NCBI GenBank assembly: GCA_947494155.1
Contig: CANLTW010000002.1
Span: 75,922-139,921 of the forward strand
Direction: 5' to 3'
Origin: Chlamydiota bacterium
Lineage (GTDB): Bacteria > Chlamydiota > Chlamydiia > Chlamydiales > RGXB01
Length of the DNA stretch: 64,000 nt
This document shows positions 21,122 to 30,537 of the stretch, piece by piece (position 1 is the first letter of the stretch; the number at the start of each line of letters is the position of its first letter). The notes beneath the pieces are model-generated. The model was not told where the DNA came from. It worked only from the letters and a program-made list of their open reading frames with translations, and did not search any database. Made by a program: the position numbers and the translations under genes.

Positions 21122-23853
21122 TAGGATATTTCCTTTTTAGCCAAGTCGGTTAACGCCCGAAGATGGACTTTACCCGAGCCAAGTAGCGGCATATCAGAGA
21201 CTTTTACCACATGGTGCATTCTAAAATATTTAGGCAATCCCGACTTAAACAGGATTTTGTTGGCCTCATCGACAGTAGTATCCACGATACTGATCAATAC
21301 AAGTTCGGTTTTTTCTCCCTCTTTTTCAATAGGGATCACAACAAAGGGACTGTCAATTTTACGCATACCGGTAAACCAACCCAAACCTTTTGCAGTATTA
21401 GTCAAAATCTCCTCTATCAGGGGCAAATTCACCATCTCGCCACCAACTTTGGTAAAACGTTTCAACCTCCCCTTTAGAATTAGGTTCCCTTCGGCATCCA
21501 GTTGACCAAAATCTCCTGTACGATAATACGATTTCCCATTGATCAACACAAAAGGGGATTTGATATCTTTTTCAATATACCCCTTAAAAATGGAGGGGCC
21601 CCGTGCCAATATCTCCCCGTCTTCCCCCTGAGGAAGAGGTTTTAAACTCTCTCTGTCGACAATAATCAATTCGACTTTGCTTAAGGCACGACCTACACCT
21701 ATATGGTTCTCCTCCCTAAAACGCTGACCAGACAAAACAGGAGAACACTCGGTGATACCGTATCCTTCTAGTAGTTTTGCCTGAGGATTCATTTTATAAA
21801 GATGCTCAATCAGAGCTTTCGGCGCTTTTTCAGCCCCGGTAATGCATACCCTGAGCGATTGAAGCTGACCTGGTTCACTAGAGGCTAGAAGGTTTGCATA
21901 AAAGCTTGGTGTCAATGCCAAAAGATCGATATCCCAGGCTTGAATCTCCTGAGCGATTCTTGGGGAATCGGTCGGATCGGGGGAAAAGTAGACTCTGATA
22001 CCACTCAGCATCGGAAGTAAGGTCATCACGGTAAGTCCAAAAGAATGAAACTGCGGTAAAGCATTTAGGAAGGATTTTGTCTCGAGGGGATAAATTACAT
22101 CCTCAAGATCCTCGATGTTCGCAATCAAATTTTTATGCGACAGCGGTACCGATTTGGGGTGAGATTCTGTTCCACTTGTGCAAAGAACAACGGCATTCAT
22201 CTCATCAGAAAGACTTTCGATCCCAAAATGAGCCAAAATAGACTTTGTGGGTTTAGAAGACAGTAGTAGAGCTTTTAATTTGTCTAAAATTGAAATCCTT
22301 AGTTTAAGATTTTCGGCAAAAACTAAGAGGGGTTCTATAGCCCCCAATTCAATGTGGGCCACCCGATCTAGGAATTTACGAGCTGTCAACACCGATTTAA
22401 TAGACAGAGTATGAATCACGTGATCAGTGCTCCTGGATCCCGAAGTCCAGTTGATCATCACGGGAACTTTTCCAGCCAACATCGTCGCGAAGATAATTAG
22501 TGTTGAGCCAACCGTTGCCGGAAGCATGACACCTACGTATCTCCCCTCAAGCTTACGGATCTTGCTTGCTAGAAGAATCGTCGCTATCAGCGCTTTTTTC
22601 CCAGTAAGAGTGGCAGTCTCATCTGCGATAATCTCTTTCCCTGCGAGACGTTTCATCCGCTCGACAAAACTTTCAGGAATAGTTTTACCAAGCACCTCTA
22701 GTTTTTTTGTCCCCAAAACGCTTTTCTGTTTCCAGCCTCGCAGCATATCCTTTGACTGCATTTCACGCGCTTTAGGCACTTTTTTTTGCAAAGCTACCAA
22801 AAAGAGGTCAAATACATGTACCAGATCCATTGAAGAGATCTTCTTATCAATACCGAATTTGAGATCCAAAAAGGTGATAAGATTAGATAAATCTAGAGAG
22901 TCGCAACCCAAATCAACGGCTAAATCTTGGTCGTCTTTGATTTGAACCTTGGGGCGACCAGTTATTTTACTAAGCTTGTTATAGATGACCTCTCGCATTT
23001 CTTGTGGAACTTCGACATCTCTATTTAAGGTTTGCGAGCTAAACACAAATGCTTTTGGAGTCGAACCCTTTTTATCCCAAAATAGATAAGGGACAAGTCT
23101 GGGTCTTTCTTGTAATTCGGTACCATCGGAATACTTGTACTGGTTGTACCAGCTCTCTAGATAGCGATTAAACTGAATTTTGCTTACTTGGTAGGGAAAA
23201 TCGGCAGGCAGGGGCGAAAATTCTATTGTTATATCCCTTTTAGGCATGAAAAAAATTAAATTTTTGCACAACAGGACGATAGACCTTTTTGCCGTTTCCC
23301 AGAAATTCGGAGAGTCTCCAATAATCGCTCTTGAAAATGAGCTGCCCCATAAACCGGTCGTTCTTACGAGAATCACCTCTAGATTAGGATCCTCTGAAAG
23401 CAATCTATGGACAAAAGACTTCCCCCCCAAATACTCTTTGCCAGATCTTTTGAGTCCACCCCCGGGATAGATGATCACCTTTTCTTTGCGATCTAGAGAG
23501 CGGCGAATATTTTGGTAAGCCAGCTCCCCTTGTCTTTCTTTCCACTCATTAACAACGAGCTCAAAATCGGGTATTGGTACGACACGGATACACCTAAAAA
23601 GCCAGTTCACCCCTTTTTGGTAGTAAAATCGCTCATCCATAACCGGCTTTAACGATGCTATCTGCCCCAAAATAGAGTAGAGTAGCAATGGGTCGGTCAT
23701 TGCCGGGTGATTAGGTAACACAACGACGGGTTTATTTGACTTCAAGATTTTTTTTATCTCATCCAATCCTTTTAATCGGACGCGATAGCGAAGGCTAATC
23801 AGCCTCCTTAAAAGAAAGGATAGGATCCTGATAAAAATATCTCTTATCACCAT
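21121..23853 (-). CDS. aas: Aas-like tri-domain enzyme: lysophospholipid acyltransferase, carrier-protein domain and acyl-ACP/AMP-forming synthetase
   Basis: The PlsC-type H-x4-D motif is NHPAMTD (23692-23709), with a YPGGG block. The PP-binding motif is DLGCDSLDLSNLITFLDLKFGI (Ser codon 22897-22899). ANL motifs are TSGTESHPK (22153-22179), YGITE, YRTGD, KGRLKRFTKVGGEMV and GSGK. Confidence 0.85.
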   Translation of the reverse strand: MVIRDIFIRILSFLLRRLISLRYRVRLKGLDEIKKILKSNKPVVVLPNHPAMTDPLLLYSILGQIASLKPVMDERFYYQKGVNWLFRCIRVVPIPDFELVVNEWKERQGELAYQNIRRSLDRKEKVIIYPGGGLKRSGKEYLGGKSFVHRLLSEDPNLEVILVRTTGLWGSSFSRAIIGDSPNFWETAKRSIVLLCKNLIFFMPKRDITIEFSPLPADFPYQVSKIQFNRYLESWYNQYKYSDGTELQERPRLVPYLFWDKKGSTPKAFVFSSQTLNRDVEVPQEMREVIYNKLSKITGRPKVQIKDDQDLAVDLGCDSLDLSNLITFLDLKFGIDKKISSMDLVHVFDLFLVALQKKVPKAREMQSKDMLRGWKQKSVLGTKKLEVLGKTIPESFVERMKRLAGKEIIADETATLTGKKALIATILLASKIRKLEGRYVGVMLPATVGSTLIIFATMLAGKVPVMINWTSGSRSTDHVIHTLSIKSVLTARKFLDRVAHIELGAIEPLLVFAENLKLRISILDKLKALLLSSKPTKSILAHFGIESLSDEMNAVVLCTSGTESHPKSVPLSHKNLIANIEDLEDVIYPLETKSFLNALPQFHSFGLTVMTLLPMLSGIRVYFSPDPTDSPRIAQEIQAWDIDLLALTPSFYANLLASSEPGQLQSLRVCITGAEKAPKALIEHLYKMNPQAKLLEGYGITECSPVLSGQRFREENHIGVGRALSKVELIIVDRESLKPLPQGEDGEILARGPSIFKGYIEKDIKSPFVLINGKSYYRTGDFGQLDAEGNLILKGRLKRFTKVGGEMVNLPLIEEILTNTAKGLGWFTGMRKIDSPFVVIPIEKEGEKTELVLISIVDTTVDEANKILFKSGLPKYFRMHHVVKVSDMPLLGSGKVHLRALTDLAKKEIS

Positions 23854-23895
23854 TAACCCCTTGAACTATGTGTAAAAAAAACTGATGGTATTCTA

Positions 23896-23931
23896 GCAAA
23901 ATGGGGACTTCTTCTTCAAACCCCATTTTGC
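23896..23931 (-). terminator. Perfect 11-bp hairpin between the two aas paralogs (possible terminator or attenuator)
   Basis: The arms are gcaaaatgggg (23896-23906) and ccccattttgc (23921-23931), with a 14-nt loop. On the minus strand the T-run is displaced about 14 nt, so this is not a textbook terminator. Confidence 0.45.
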
Positions 23932-24025
23932 TGTAGCCCATTTTTAGCCTTTTTTCAAAAACCAAAAGAAAGGTTAAATGACGAGAAAAATTTTAAATAA
24001 TCAGTCCTGCTTTTTACCTCGACCA

Positions 24026-26785
24026 TCATAAGAACTCTCTATGCGCTAGCTCGGTTAAGGCCTTGACATCCGCATTACCACTCGACAGCAATGGGATCTC
24101 TGTGACTTTTAATAGTCGGTGTAATCTACAGAAGTTAGGTAAAGCAGATTCTGCTATGATTTTGTTTACCTCATCTAAAGAAACGTCAAGTGAACTTATC
24201 AATACAAGATCGTTTTTTTTATCCTCTGTTTGGAGAGGAATTACAACAAACGAATTCCCTTTGTTTCCTAGAGCGCTTGACCAACCCAACTCTTTAGCCT
24301 TGTAGGTCAAAAATTGCTCTATCATGGGCAATTTGACTAAATTGCCCGAGACCCTGGTTAAAGTATTTGCTCTCCTTTTATTGTCAGTGATCAGATTTCC
24401 CTTCGTATCCAAATAACCAAAATACCCTGTTCGAAAAAAAGATTTACCATTTAAAATTACAAAAGGGGACTCTAATTTTTCATCAAGGTAACCGTTGAAA
24501 ATTGAGGGACCATGCGCCAGTACTTCTCCTTCTACCCCTTGCGATACAGGCTTTAAATCTTGTGGGTCAACCACAATCAATTCGACTCTTTTTAGAGCCC
24601 TTCCGAGACCTTTAGGCTTATGATCCTTGTGAGTTTGTGAAGTCAACACTGAAGTCTCTGTCGTCCCAAACCCAAGGTAAATTTTCGCTTTGGGATTGAT
24701 CTTTTTTAGTTTATCTCTAACGGATTGCGTCGCATTTTCGCTTACTAAGAACCTAAGCGACACTAATTGAGCTGGCTCACAGCAATTGAATAATTGTTTG
24801 TAGTGTTCTGAAACAGTCAAATCTAAGAAATCGATACCCCAGTCCTGAATCTGTTTAGCGAGAAAAGGATAATAGGTCAATTCTTGCGAAAAAAAGACCC
24901 TCATTCCGTTCAAAATAGGAAGAAGGGTCGTAACTATCAACCCATTAGAGTAATAAAGTGCGGTGCAACACAGAAAGGTGGAGATTTCTTGAGATAACAA
25001 TCTCTCCCCTAGATCTTCTATATTAACAATCAGGTTTTTGTGTGTAAGCGGAATAAATTTTGGTAGATGTTCGCTACTACATTTACATAGCACAAGAGCG
25101 TTCACGTCCTCGGACAAACCGTCTAACCCAAAATGGCTCAAAATAGAGCTTGTGGATTTGGAGGCCAAAAGGTGGGCATTTAACTTTTCAAAAATAGAAA
25201 TATCTGTGTAAAAATCCTCTATCATAACTAGCAAAGGTTCTATATCCCCCAATTCAAAATGAGGTTCATGATCAAGAAATTTGCGCGATGTGAATACCGA
25301 TTTTATAGAGAGCATTCGCATCAATTCATCTGTGCTCGCATAACCGATATTCCAATTGATCAATACTGGAACTTTTCCGGCTAACATTGCAGCAAAAAGA
25401 ATCAAGGATTCGTCGACACATGGTCGAAGTATTATCCCTATGTATTTACCCTCTATTTTACGGATCTTACCAGCTAAAAGAATCGTTGTGAAAAGCGTTT
25501 CTTTACCTGTAAGAGTAACTGTTTTATCTGCAACAATTTCTTTATCTGCTACAAGTTTCATCCGATGAATAAAAGCTTCAGGAATGGTTTTACCAAGCAC
25601 CTCAAATCTTTTCGTTACAGCAATCACCTGCTCTTTCCAACCCCGAGACTTTTCTTTCGATAAGATTTCAATCACACAAGGTACTTTTTTATTTAGAGCG
25701 ACTAGAAAAAGATCCTGCACATAGACAATATCTAAGGAACAGAATTTCGAACTAACAGGGAATTTTTGCTCCAAAAATAGGATCAAATTTGACAGGTCGA
25801 TCGAGTCACAACCAAGATCAACGGCCAAATTCTGCTCAGGATGAATGTGCTCTTTTGGAAAACCTGTCATTTTACTGAGTTTGCTTAAGATCATCTCCCG
25901 CATATTTACCGGAACCTTAACATCTTTATCTAACGTCTTTGAACAAGATAGATAAGCTTTCGGGGTGGAACCCTTTTTATCCCAAAATAAATAGGGAACA
26001 AGATTCGGTCTCTCCTCAGATTCGGTAGCGTCCTGATACTTATACTGGTTGTACCAACCCTCTAGGAACCGATTGAACTCCATTTTACTCTCTGGAATGG
26101 AAAAATCGGACGGAAGGCGATAAAATTCTATTGTTACATCTCTTTTAGGCATAAAAAAAATCAAATTTTTCCATAAAAGGAAAAAAGATTTTTTCAATGT
26201 TTCCCAGGAATCGGGAGTATTTCCTAAAATCCCATGCGAAAAAGAGCTTCCCCATAAACCGGTAGTTCTCACAAGAATGACCTCGAGATCAATCTCCTCA
26301 GATAGCAACCTGTGTACAGCGGACTTTCCCCTTAAACTCTCTTGGCTCGAATTTTTTAATGTACCGCCAGGATAGATGATCACCTTTTCTTTGCGATTTA
26401 GAGTTTTGAGAATCTCTTCGTAAGCCCTATCCCCTTGTCGGGCTTTCCACTCATTTACTATAACCTCGAAATCGGGAACCGGTATAGCCTGGAGTAATCT
26501 GTAAATCCAGTACAACCCTTTTTGGGTAAAAAATTTTTCTACCATAACCGGTTTAAGTGATACTATCTGCCCGATAATTGAGTACAAAAGCCAGGTATCG
26601 GTCATGGCCGGATGATTGGGTAAAACCACCACAGGTTTATCTGATTTGAGGATTTTTTTTACCTCATCTAGCCCGTGCAAATGCACACGATAGCGAAGGC
26701 TAAACAACCTCCTCACTGTAAATGACAGAATCCGGATGCTAATATCTCTAATCACATCAAACCTTAACCTATTCTCTTCTTGCAA
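24026..26785 (-). CDS. Aas-like tri-domain paralog with a degenerate adenylation domain
   Basis: It has the same architecture as 21121-23853. NHPAMTD and DLGCDSIDLSNL are retained. ANL motifs are altered: KCSSEHLPK (25058-25084), FRTGY, RVSGNLV and SSGN. The ORF-track start is a TTG at 26785. A GTG at 26755 aligns with the paralog's start. Confidence 0.8.
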   Translation of the reverse strand: MQEENRLRFDVIRDISIRILSFTVRRLFSLRYRVHLHGLDEVKKILKSDKPVVVLPNHPAMTDTWLLYSIIGQIVSLKPVMVEKFFTQKGLYWIYRLLQAIPVPDFEVIVNEWKARQGDRAYEEILKTLNRKEKVIIYPGGTLKNSSQESLRGKSAVHRLLSEEIDLEVILVRTTGLWGSSFSHGILGNTPDSWETLKKSFFLLWKNLIFFMPKRDVTIEFYRLPSDFSIPESKMEFNRFLEGWYNQYKYQDATESEERPNLVPYLFWDKKGSTPKAYLSCSKTLDKDVKVPVNMREMILSKLSKMTGFPKEHIHPEQNLAVDLGCDSIDLSNLILFLEQKFPVSSKFCSLDIVYVQDLFLVALNKKVPCVIEILSKEKSRGWKEQVIAVTKRFEVLGKTIPEAFIHRMKLVADKEIVADKTVTLTGKETLFTTILLAGKIRKIEGKYIGIILRPCVDESLILFAAMLAGKVPVLINWNIGYASTDELMRMLSIKSVFTSRKFLDHEPHFELGDIEPLLVMIEDFYTDISIFEKLNAHLLASKSTSSILSHFGLDGLSEDVNALVLCKCSSEHLPKFIPLTHKNLIVNIEDLGERLLSQEISTFLCCTALYYSNGLIVTTLLPILNGMRVFFSQELTYYPFLAKQIQDWGIDFLDLTVSEHYKQLFNCCEPAQLVSLRFLVSENATQSVRDKLKKINPKAKIYLGFGTTETSVLTSQTHKDHKPKGLGRALKRVELIVVDPQDLKPVSQGVEGEVLAHGPSIFNGYLDEKLESPFVILNGKSFFRTGYFGYLDTKGNLITDNKRRANTLTRVSGNLVKLPMIEQFLTYKAKELGWSSALGNKGNSFVVIPLQTEDKKNDLVLISSLDVSLDEVNKIIAESALPNFCRLHRLLKVTEIPLLSSGNADVKALTELAHREFL

Positions 26786-26894
26786 AAAAGGGTCTTTTTC
26801 TACAATTTTTTTTTAAAAGGGGTGGGGCAACCTCCTCATTTAAAATTTGCAAAAAATATTGACGCGAAGGGTTGTCGTATTTTATGGGTGATTT

Positions 26895-27080
26895 ATGGAC
26901 AAATCCTCTAAATTAGAGATGAAGAAACATTCTTTACCGGACAAAAATCCCCCCGAAGAGCATCAATTAAGCTTCCTCGAAGGTTTTGAGGATGAGATCC
27001 TGGCAAACATGTATCCTTGGGGTACAAGTTGTAAAAAAATCAAACGACTCATGAAAGATTTTTTAAAAAGAGTTGAATAA
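26895..27080 (+). CDS. Small hypothetical ORF (61 aa), doubtful
   Basis: It is the only sizeable ORF in the 534-bp gap between bioY and aas-2. I see no motif and only a weak SD. A ttgacg -35-like hexamer lies about 30 nt upstream. Confidence 0.25.
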   Translation: MDKSSKLEMKKHSLPDKNPPEEHQLSFLEGFEDEILANMYPWGTSCKKIKRLMKDFLKRVE

Positions 27081-27319
27081 AACAATAGATTTGTTTTAAA
27101 AAACACTTAGAGCTTTCCCCATATTTCTTGGATCTTCTAACGCTATGTGTTGTAGCATTAGCAAAATCTAGAGAAAAAATGGGAAAAGAAAACAATATTT
27201 CTAGGGGAATTATGAAAATACAAAGTGCTTTTAGTCCTTCACAAATCGTGGAAAACTTGATGAATCAAAAAAATCTAAGATTAAATATGCTCATCGCGAA
27301 AATCGCACAAAATATTCTT

Positions 27320-27850
27320 TTATCGTCCCCATCTCGCCCATAGTTTATGAGATTGAGAAAAAAGGACCGATTTTAAAAGGTCACCCGCAATAAAAGGGAA
27401 GAATCCCAATAGTAAACCTTTCTCAATTCCATAATACAGACTAACTCCAAAGGCGCCTAATAGATCTAGTAATAAAGATAATAGAACAAAGGTGCCCGTC
27501 ATACCTACTCCCCTGATCTTCATTTTTTCAGCCAGGTAAGCGACCACAAAATAGCCCATCAAATATCCTGATGTGGGGCCAAAAACCCCGAGAGAGAAAC
27601 TTTTCAACGACGCAAGCAGGTGCGAATCTACAAAGCAACCTGTTAAAAATCCCACAAGGGCCATAGCGGTTCTTTTATAGCCAAAGCACCAGGCAAATAG
27701 CAAAACAAGCTGCGGTCTTAAAGCGACGGGTATGGGGGTGTAAGGGAGAAAAAACGAAATTTTTCCCAAGAAAGTAATAGCTAAGGCTAACGAGAGAATC
27801 AAAAAAAATTCTTTAGTAGCCCGTTTTTCTAGATAAATACTCTTTAGCAT
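27320..27850 (-). CDS. bioY: BioY-family biotin transporter S component
   Basis: The protein is 176 aa with about 6 TM helices. The segment ISFFLPYTPIPVALRPQLVLL, with a Gly-rich middle, is typical of BioY. Confidence 0.8.
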   Translation of the reverse strand: MLKSIYLEKRATKEFFLILSLALAITFLGKISFFLPYTPIPVALRPQLVLLFAWCFGYKRTAMALVGFLTGCFVDSHLLASLKSFSLGVFGPTSGYLMGYFVVAYLAEKMKIRGVGMTGTFVLLSLLLDLLGAFGVSLYYGIEKGLLLGFFPFIAGDLLKSVLFSQSHKLWARWGR

Positions 27851-27852
27851 CT

Positions 27853-29127
27853 TTAATTTCCCTCATATTTTGTAAATACCAATGAAACGTTGTGGCCCCC
27901 AAACCCAAAGGAGTTTTTCATTACAGCTCTCATCTGCTCCAAAGGTTTTACGGCAGCAATATTGGGGGTTAAATCAAAATCTTTCACCTCATCAATGGGG
28001 TCGTCCAGATTGATTGTTGGGGGGATTTTCCCGGTCCTTAGGGCCATAATTGCCAAAATCGCCTCGAACGCACCCGATGCACCAAGGCTATGGCCGTGCA
28101 TCGATTTTGTGGAGCTGATATTGAGAGTGCTTTCGCACCCCTTGAAAACGTTGGTTATTGCCAGCATTTCGCTGATATCTCCTTGGAAAGTGGAGGTCGC
28201 ATGAGCGTTAATATAGCTTATATCCTGTGGTCTCAAATCTGCATCCTCTAAAGCAAGCTGCATAGCACGTATGGCGCTTGATGCTTTAAGATCGGGCAAA
28301 ACAATATCAAAAGCATCGCAAGTAGTGGCTCCCCCTTTAAATTCAGCAAGAATTTTTGCGCCTCTTTTGAGCGCATGTTCATACGACTCTAAAACTAAAA
28401 CAGCAGCCCCTGAACTCATCACAAAACCGCTGCGCTGTTTATCGAATGGTCTCGATGCCCCACTAGGTTCGCCGTCCCAATGGGATAAAGCCCTGCATGC
28501 AAAAAAACCTGCAAAACCTGGAACACCCATCGCAGCTTCCGATCCGCCAGCCAAAATGAAATCGGCTTTACCTAACTCGATCTGTTCTTTTGCCGCCAAT
28601 AGGGCGTTGCTAGAGGTGGCGCAAGCTGTGGAAATATCATAACAAGGACCTTTGAGTCCATACTCGATTGCTACCCTTGCTCCAGCCATGTTCACGATCG
28701 AGTGGGCGATAAAAAATGGGCTGATTTTGTTGTATCCCTCAATCGTAAGATACATGTTGTTCTCAATCGTCGACAACCCCCCCATCCCCGATCCGATCAA
28801 TACACCCCCTCGTGTTCTATCGATATTTTCCTCGAAAGGGAATAAAGAGGCGTTTTCTAAAGCGATTTGAGATGCGATTAGAGCATACTTCATGAACGGG
28901 TCAAGTCGTCTGATCTCTTTTTTCTCTATTTGGGGCAGATACTCCTCAATCGGGACTTCCACAGGGGCCGCACCCAAAGCTCTTTTAAAGGGTCTATCAG
29001 CAGGAAAGATTTGCAGTTCCTTAATGGCGCTTACTCCCCCAAGAATCTGTTCAAAAACCTCTTCTGTATTGCAACCATACGGGGAGACTGTCCCCATTCC
29101 TGTAATAACAACCCGTCGTCTGCTCAC
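27853..29127 (-). CDS. fabF: 3-oxoacyl-ACP synthase II
   Basis: The active-site Cys context is DISTACATSSNAL. His contexts are INAHATST and SMHGHSLGASG, followed by FGFGGHN. It uses a GTG start overlapping the rsfS stop (GTGA). Confidence 0.95.
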   Translation of the reverse strand: MSRRRVVITGMGTVSPYGCNTEEVFEQILGGVSAIKELQIFPADRPFKRALGAAPVEVPIEEYLPQIEKKEIRRLDPFMKYALIASQIALENASLFPFEENIDRTRGGVLIGSGMGGLSTIENNMYLTIEGYNKISPFFIAHSIVNMAGARVAIEYGLKGPCYDISTACATSSNALLAAKEQIELGKADFILAGGSEAAMGVPGFAGFFACRALSHWDGEPSGASRPFDKQRSGFVMSSGAAVLVLESYEHALKRGAKILAEFKGGATTCDAFDIVLPDLKASSAIRAMQLALEDADLRPQDISYINAHATSTFQGDISEMLAITNVFKGCESTLNISSTKSMHGHSLGASGAFEAILAIMALRTGKIPPTINLDDPIDEVKDFDLTPNIAAVKPLEQMRAVMKNSFGFGGHNVSLVFTKYEGN

Positions 29128-29474
29128 TTGGCCTCGATTTTTAAATCCACAATTTTTCCCCCTTTCCAGAGAGATTCAAGGTCATAATACTCTCTTGTAT
29201 CGGCTAAAAGAAGATGCACAATCAGCCCCACAAAGTCCAAAACAATCCATCTCCCCTCCTCGTAACCCTCGGCGTAGACCGGTTTTTCTTTGAAAAGGCG
29301 CATTTGCTCTTCCACTTCGCGTGCTATCGCTTTAACGTGTTTGTCGACGTTTCCGGTTGCGATAATCACATAGTCGGAAATTCCCGAAACGGACTTCACA
29401 TCAAAACAGAGGATGTCGGTCCCTTTTTTATCATAAATTGCTTGAGCTACTAGTCGAAGTTTTTCTTGATCCAT
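29124..29474 (-). CDS. rsfS: Ribosomal silencing factor RsfS (Iojap family)
   Basis: The protein is 116 aa. The sequences DYVIIATGNVDKHVKAIA and WIVLDFVGLIVHLL...REYYDLESLW are characteristic of the family. Confidence 0.9.
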   Translation of the reverse strand: MDQEKLRLVAQAIYDKKGTDILCFDVKSVSGISDYVIIATGNVDKHVKAIAREVEEQMRLFKEKPVYAEGYEEGRWIVLDFVGLIVHLLLADTREYYDLESLWKGGKIVDLKIEAK

Positions 29475-29604
29475 ATGGGCATAGACTATACTCGCTTTCC
29501 CTTAAATCCGTCTATAGAGGTTTTTAAAAAAAAGGGAGAAAAGCGTTTTTTTAGAAATTTTTTTTAAAAGAATAGGGGAATAACACCCCCCAAAATCGAT
29601 AAAA

Positions 29605-30537
29605 CTAGATCTGAAGCTCTTTTATACACAATTCTATAAAGTCTTGTGTGCCCACCGTTTCTAAGTCAATAGGGGTGAACGCATCCATCCGTTTAAACCA
29701 GGTAAACTGCCTTTTAGCATAATTACGATTGGCCTGTTGCAGCTCTAGAAGCATTTTTTCGTAGGAGAGCTCCCCTTTCAGATATTGCAGCGGTTGCTGG
29801 TAAGCAATAGCTTTTTTTGCATTCGGATTGGATTCTATCCCTTTTTTGAGAAGGATCTCTACCTCCTCAATAAGCCCATTTTCACACATATGCTTAGCCC
29901 TCATATTGAGCCGCTCGTAGAGGATGGGGCGTGGGCGGTAGATAAAAAAGCATTTAGGGTTTAGCTGGCTGCAATGAAACGGTTTTGTTTTTTCCTGAAA
30001 GTCAGAAACCCTTTTTTGTGTGGTTACAAGAATTTCGTTAGCCCTCAAAATCTTATGCCTGTCGTTGCTTGTGATTCTTTTGGCATAATCGGGATCTTTT
30101 TTTTGTAAAATCTGATAGAGCTCACCCGTTTCTAGCACCTCCAAACGGGCTCGTACTGACAGATTTGCAGGCGGGGTACTCGGCAACCCCTCCAACAGAG
30201 CCTGAAAGTAGAGCCCTGTTCCACCTGCAAAGATGGGGAAAACCCCCCTTTTTTTCATGTCCTTTAGGAGGATTTCCACATGAGCGATAAATTCCGCCAC
30301 ACTAAAGGGGCAAGTCACATCGTGCACGTCAATCAGGTGGTGAACCACACCCTCCATCTCGGTAGAATCGGGTTTTGCAGTTCCGATATCCATCCCTTTA
30401 TAGACCTGAGCCGAGTCCACGGTAATGACTTCAGCTTGAAGACGTTTGGCCAAAGCAATAGCTAAAGATGTTTTACCGGAGGCTGTTGGTCCGGCAAGGA
30501 AAAGGGCGTTAAAAGGATATGTATTTCTTAAGTTCAC
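29605..30537 (-). CDS. miaA: tRNA dimethylallyltransferase
   Basis: It has the P-loop GPTASGKTSLA, plus DSAQVYKGMDIGTAKP and GGTGLYF. Confidence 0.93.
   Translation of the reverse strand: MNLRNTYPFNALFLAGPTASGKTSLAIALAKRLQAEVITVDSAQVYKGMDIGTAKPDSTEMEGVVHHLIDVHDVTCPFSVAEFIAHVEILLKDMKKRGVFPIFAGGTGLYFQALLEGLPSTPPANLSVRARLEVLETGELYQILQKKDPDYAKRITSNDRHKILRANEILVTTQKRVSDFQEKTKPFHCSQLNPKCFFIYRPRPILYERLNMRAKHMCENGLIEEVEILLKKGIESNPNAKKAIAYQQPLQYLKGELSYEKMLLELQQANRNYAKRQFTWFKRMDAFTPIDLETVGTQDFIELCIKELQI

Noticed and set aside
22427-22945. A 172-aa plus-strand ORF inside aas-1, with similar ORFs at 21211-21505, 23246-23470, 24063-24305 and 25356-25568
   Set aside because: These are fully antisense to well-supported aas genes, have no motifs, and are Ser/Ile/Pro-rich in an antisense-type composition.
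27128-27343. A 71-aa plus-strand ORF
   Set aside because: Its 3' end overlaps the bioY 3' end, and it has no SD or motif. I retain it only as part of the gap observation.
28271-29293. Several 70-133-aa plus-strand ORFs
   Set aside because: They are antisense to fabF and rsfS and have no motifs.
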